DNA of 64,000 nucleotides from a virus: IMG/VR virus record IMGVR_UViG_3300024299_000001, positions 32,001 to 96,000 of that record; one strand, 5' to 3'. Shown piece by piece: positions 62,219 to 64,000 of this stretch (position 1 is its first letter; each line of letters starts with the position of its first letter). The notes under the pieces were generated by a model. It saw only the letters and a program-made list of their open reading frames with translations, ran no database searches and was not told where the DNA came from. The position numbers and the translations under genes were made by a program.

Positions 62219-62547
62219 CTATTGAAATTATGAACCTTCGTACTGATCAACCGACTGAAGAGTATGATGTAAAAATTGACCGTACATCTGTTCTTGGTAA
62301 TCCTTACCATATGCTCAATGAAAAACAGAGAGATCTGGTATGTGCTCAGTATGAAGACTATCTGAAGAGTAGAGCAGCAGCGGGTCATCTCATGGAGAAT
62401 AGATCATTTATCAAGGAATTGGAAAGGCTGGTTGAGCTGTATAAAGAACATAAGCAACTCAGATTGTTCTGCTGGTGTGCCCCGAAACGTTGCCACGGTG
62501 CCTCTATTAAGCGCTGGGTACTAAACGAATGCCATAGTACCAGTTAA
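62215..62547 (+). CDS. DUF4326-family protein
   Basis: 'DRTSVLGNPY...QLRLFCWCAPKRCHGASI' matches the DUF4326 pattern (GNPF ... L.C.C.P..CH). Confidence 0.65.
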   Translation: MTIEIMNLRTDQPTEEYDVKIDRTSVLGNPYHMLNEKQRDLVCAQYEDYLKSRAAAGHLMENRSFIKELERLVELYKEHKQLRLFCWCAPKRCHGASIKRWVLNECHSTS

Positions 62548-62599
62548 TCACTTAAGGGTCTTAAATGGCCCTTTATACCTCTTTAAAAAGGAAATAGAT

Positions 62600-63040
62600 A
62601 TGGAATTACAAGATTTTAAAGGTTGGTACTTATTAACCGGTGTAGAATTCTCTACAATCAAACCTTCACGTAATAGTTATTCTTCAGATATTGGGTGTTG
62701 CCGATTTGTATTAAATAATATCACTTATCAGATAACTGAAGATGAAAATGATGGTTATCGTAGTGCCCTAGAAGAGGTTAAAGTTATTGCTGATCATCAA
62801 GTAAAAAATACTTTTGAGCCAGCTTGGGTCAAAGCAGTGTATGTATCAGTAAAAACAAAGGGTGATTACCATTATAACAGGGATTGTGATATTATCCAAT
62901 TTATCGATGTAATAACTAATAAAATAGTATTAGAAATTGGTACTGAAAATACTGATGACTATTACCCAACGTATATTGATAGTTTTAACCCAGAGAATAT
63001 GGCTATAAATGCAAACCTTAAACAGGAAATAGAGATATGA
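62600..63040 (+). CDS. hypothetical protein
   Basis: 146-aa ORF. Confidence 0.65.
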   Translation: MELQDFKGWYLLTGVEFSTIKPSRNSYSSDIGCCRFVLNNITYQITEDENDGYRSALEEVKVIADHQVKNTFEPAWVKAVYVSVKTKGDYHYNRDCDIIQFIDVITNKIVLEIGTENTDDYYPTYIDSFNPENMAINANLKQEIEI

Positions 63041-63489
63041 TGAAAGAATTAATCAAAGAAATCATAACTGATCCAATGAAATTAAAGATACCTTGTCGAC
63101 CAATTGGTAAGCTGCAGAATAATGCTTTGCTTGATGAGATAGTTATGTATCTCACTGATACTTACAAAGCTAACCAGAAGAGATGCTTAGGTCTTGCAGC
63201 TAATCAGATAGGCTACCAGAAGAGAGTTATACTGGTTAGGATAACCCAAGGGTTTGTTATTATGATTAACCCGGTTATTGTACCCAGTCTGATCCATGGT
63301 CGGATTACCAAGAAAGAGAACTGCTTAAGCTTCCCGGGACAGGTATTCAGAGTTAAACGATATAAACGTATCAAAGTTATCTATCATCCGTATACCAAGG
63401 AACCAGTATTACAGACTCATAAATATACTGGTCTTGCTGCTCGTATTGGTCAACATGAGGTTGATCATCTTAATGGTGTACTCAGATGA
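63037..63489 (+). CDS. def: peptide deformylase
   Basis: Motif 1 'GLAANQIGY', motif 2 'ENCLSFPG', motif 3 'QHEVDHLNG'. Confidence 0.85.
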   Translation: MMKELIKEIITDPMKLKIPCRPIGKLQNNALLDEIVMYLTDTYKANQKRCLGLAANQIGYQKRVILVRITQGFVIMINPVIVPSLIHGRITKKENCLSFPGQVFRVKRYKRIKVIYHPYTKEPVLQTHKYTGLAARIGQHEVDHLNGVLR

Positions 63490-63728
63490 CTTTTAAGTGG
63501 GAACCAACTGATTCGGGTGGTATGCGAAGAGTCCGAGTATACAATATTTATGAGGCTATTGATTACATCTGGACAAACCAAGACAATGTAAAAGCTAAAA
63601 GTCATTTGCACAGAGATGCTAAAATGTGGAACATACTCTGTCATATTATTGAGAACAGCCCAGATACTGTATTTACTGTGGAACAGCTTGATAAGTTTTT
63701 ACTGGTTTGTGAAGGAGTATACATTTAA
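63486..63728 (+). CDS. hypothetical protein
   Basis: 80-aa ORF, ATGA-coupled to the deformylase gene. Confidence 0.6.
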   Translation: MTFKWEPTDSGGMRRVRVYNIYEAIDYIWTNQDNVKAKSHLHRDAKMWNILCHIIENSPDTVFTVEQLDKFLLVCEGVYI

Positions 63729-63737
63729 CCAAACAGG

Positions 63738-63756
63738 CCTCCGGCCATATGAACGG
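63738..63756 (+). promoter_or_regulatory. phage promoter-like motif, copy e (cctccggccatatgaacgg)
   Basis: Lies 47 nt upstream of the ATG at 63803 and is followed by the hairpin ggagtac-attac-gtgctcc. Confidence 0.55.
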
Positions 63757-63802
63757 GAGTACATTACGTGCTCCTGTTTACATTAAACTAAAGGAGATTA
63801 CC

Positions 63803-63976
63803 ATGGCTAAGAAATTTGCATTTAACATTATGTCTACCAGACGGTGTGCTCACCCGATGTGTATCAAGCTTATCAAACAAAGATTAGTTGATAAGGATCC
63901 TGCAGGGACAAAGTTCACTTTATGCTACAAACATTGGCACCAACAAGAATATAACAGGAGAGGCAACCATGTGTAA
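63803..63976 (+). CDS. hypothetical Cys/His-rich protein (57 aa)
   Basis: ATG at 63803 has an AAGGAG SD. The track start at 63749 overlaps the promoter-like motif. Confidence 0.6.
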   Translation: MAKKFAFNIMSTRRCAHPMCIKLIKQRLVDKDPAGTKFTLCYKHWHQQEYNRRGNHV

Positions 63977-64000
63977 GATTATCGGATTTACCAAAAGAGT
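63969..64000 (+). CDS. 5' end of an ORF (MCKIIGFTKR...) running out of the window
   Basis: AGGAGAGG SD. An N-terminal Met-Cys is reminiscent of Ntn-type amidotransferases, but 10 residues are far too few to call. Confidence 0.3.
   Translation, partial: MCKIIGFTKR

Overview
The window is a large part of a virulent N4-like (Schitoviridae-type) podophage genome, apparently joined across its physical ends. Three blocks are visible. (i) 1-7805 (+) holds replication and nucleotide-metabolism genes: the 3' end of a family-A DNA polymerase, VRR-NUC nuclease, ATP-dependent DNA ligase, SNF2 helicase, dCMP deaminase and many small ORFs. (ii) 7847-58216 (-) is one long leftward structural and lysis block. 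In transcription order it contains a wHTH protein, a DUF2829/Tad2-like protein, large terminase, fibre, portal, scaffold, major capsid protein, virion proteins and a 3603-aa virion RNA polymerase with T7-like motifs A, B and C. About 19.5 kb follows the vRNAP gene: fibre and glycine-rich proteins, peptidase-like genes, three virion proteins, a second giant ORF of 3275 aa, and a lysis cassette. (iii) 59000-64000 (+) is an early-type block of small genes (RadC-like JAB, DUF4326, peptide deformylase), punctuated by five copies of a 19-nt promoter-like motif. Blocks ii and iii are separated by an ORF-poor strand-switch region (58217-59047) with tandem A-tract repeats, hairpins and an alternating purine/pyrimidine GC tract. 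The most unusual items are listed here. The second giant ORF is a polyvalent-protein-like array carrying an HExxH motif, an H-Y-E ADP-ribosyltransferase-like domain and an EIQSD domain. Its first ~350 aa are collinear with the N-terminus of the vRNAP. The vRNAP itself contains an R-S-E ADP-ribosyltransferase-like module. One copy of the promoter-like motif is an orphan followed by ~400 nt of ORF-free, highly structured sequence. I saw no tRNA, rRNA, CRISPR array, integrase or transposase. All functional calls rest on motif reading by eye, and no database search was possible.
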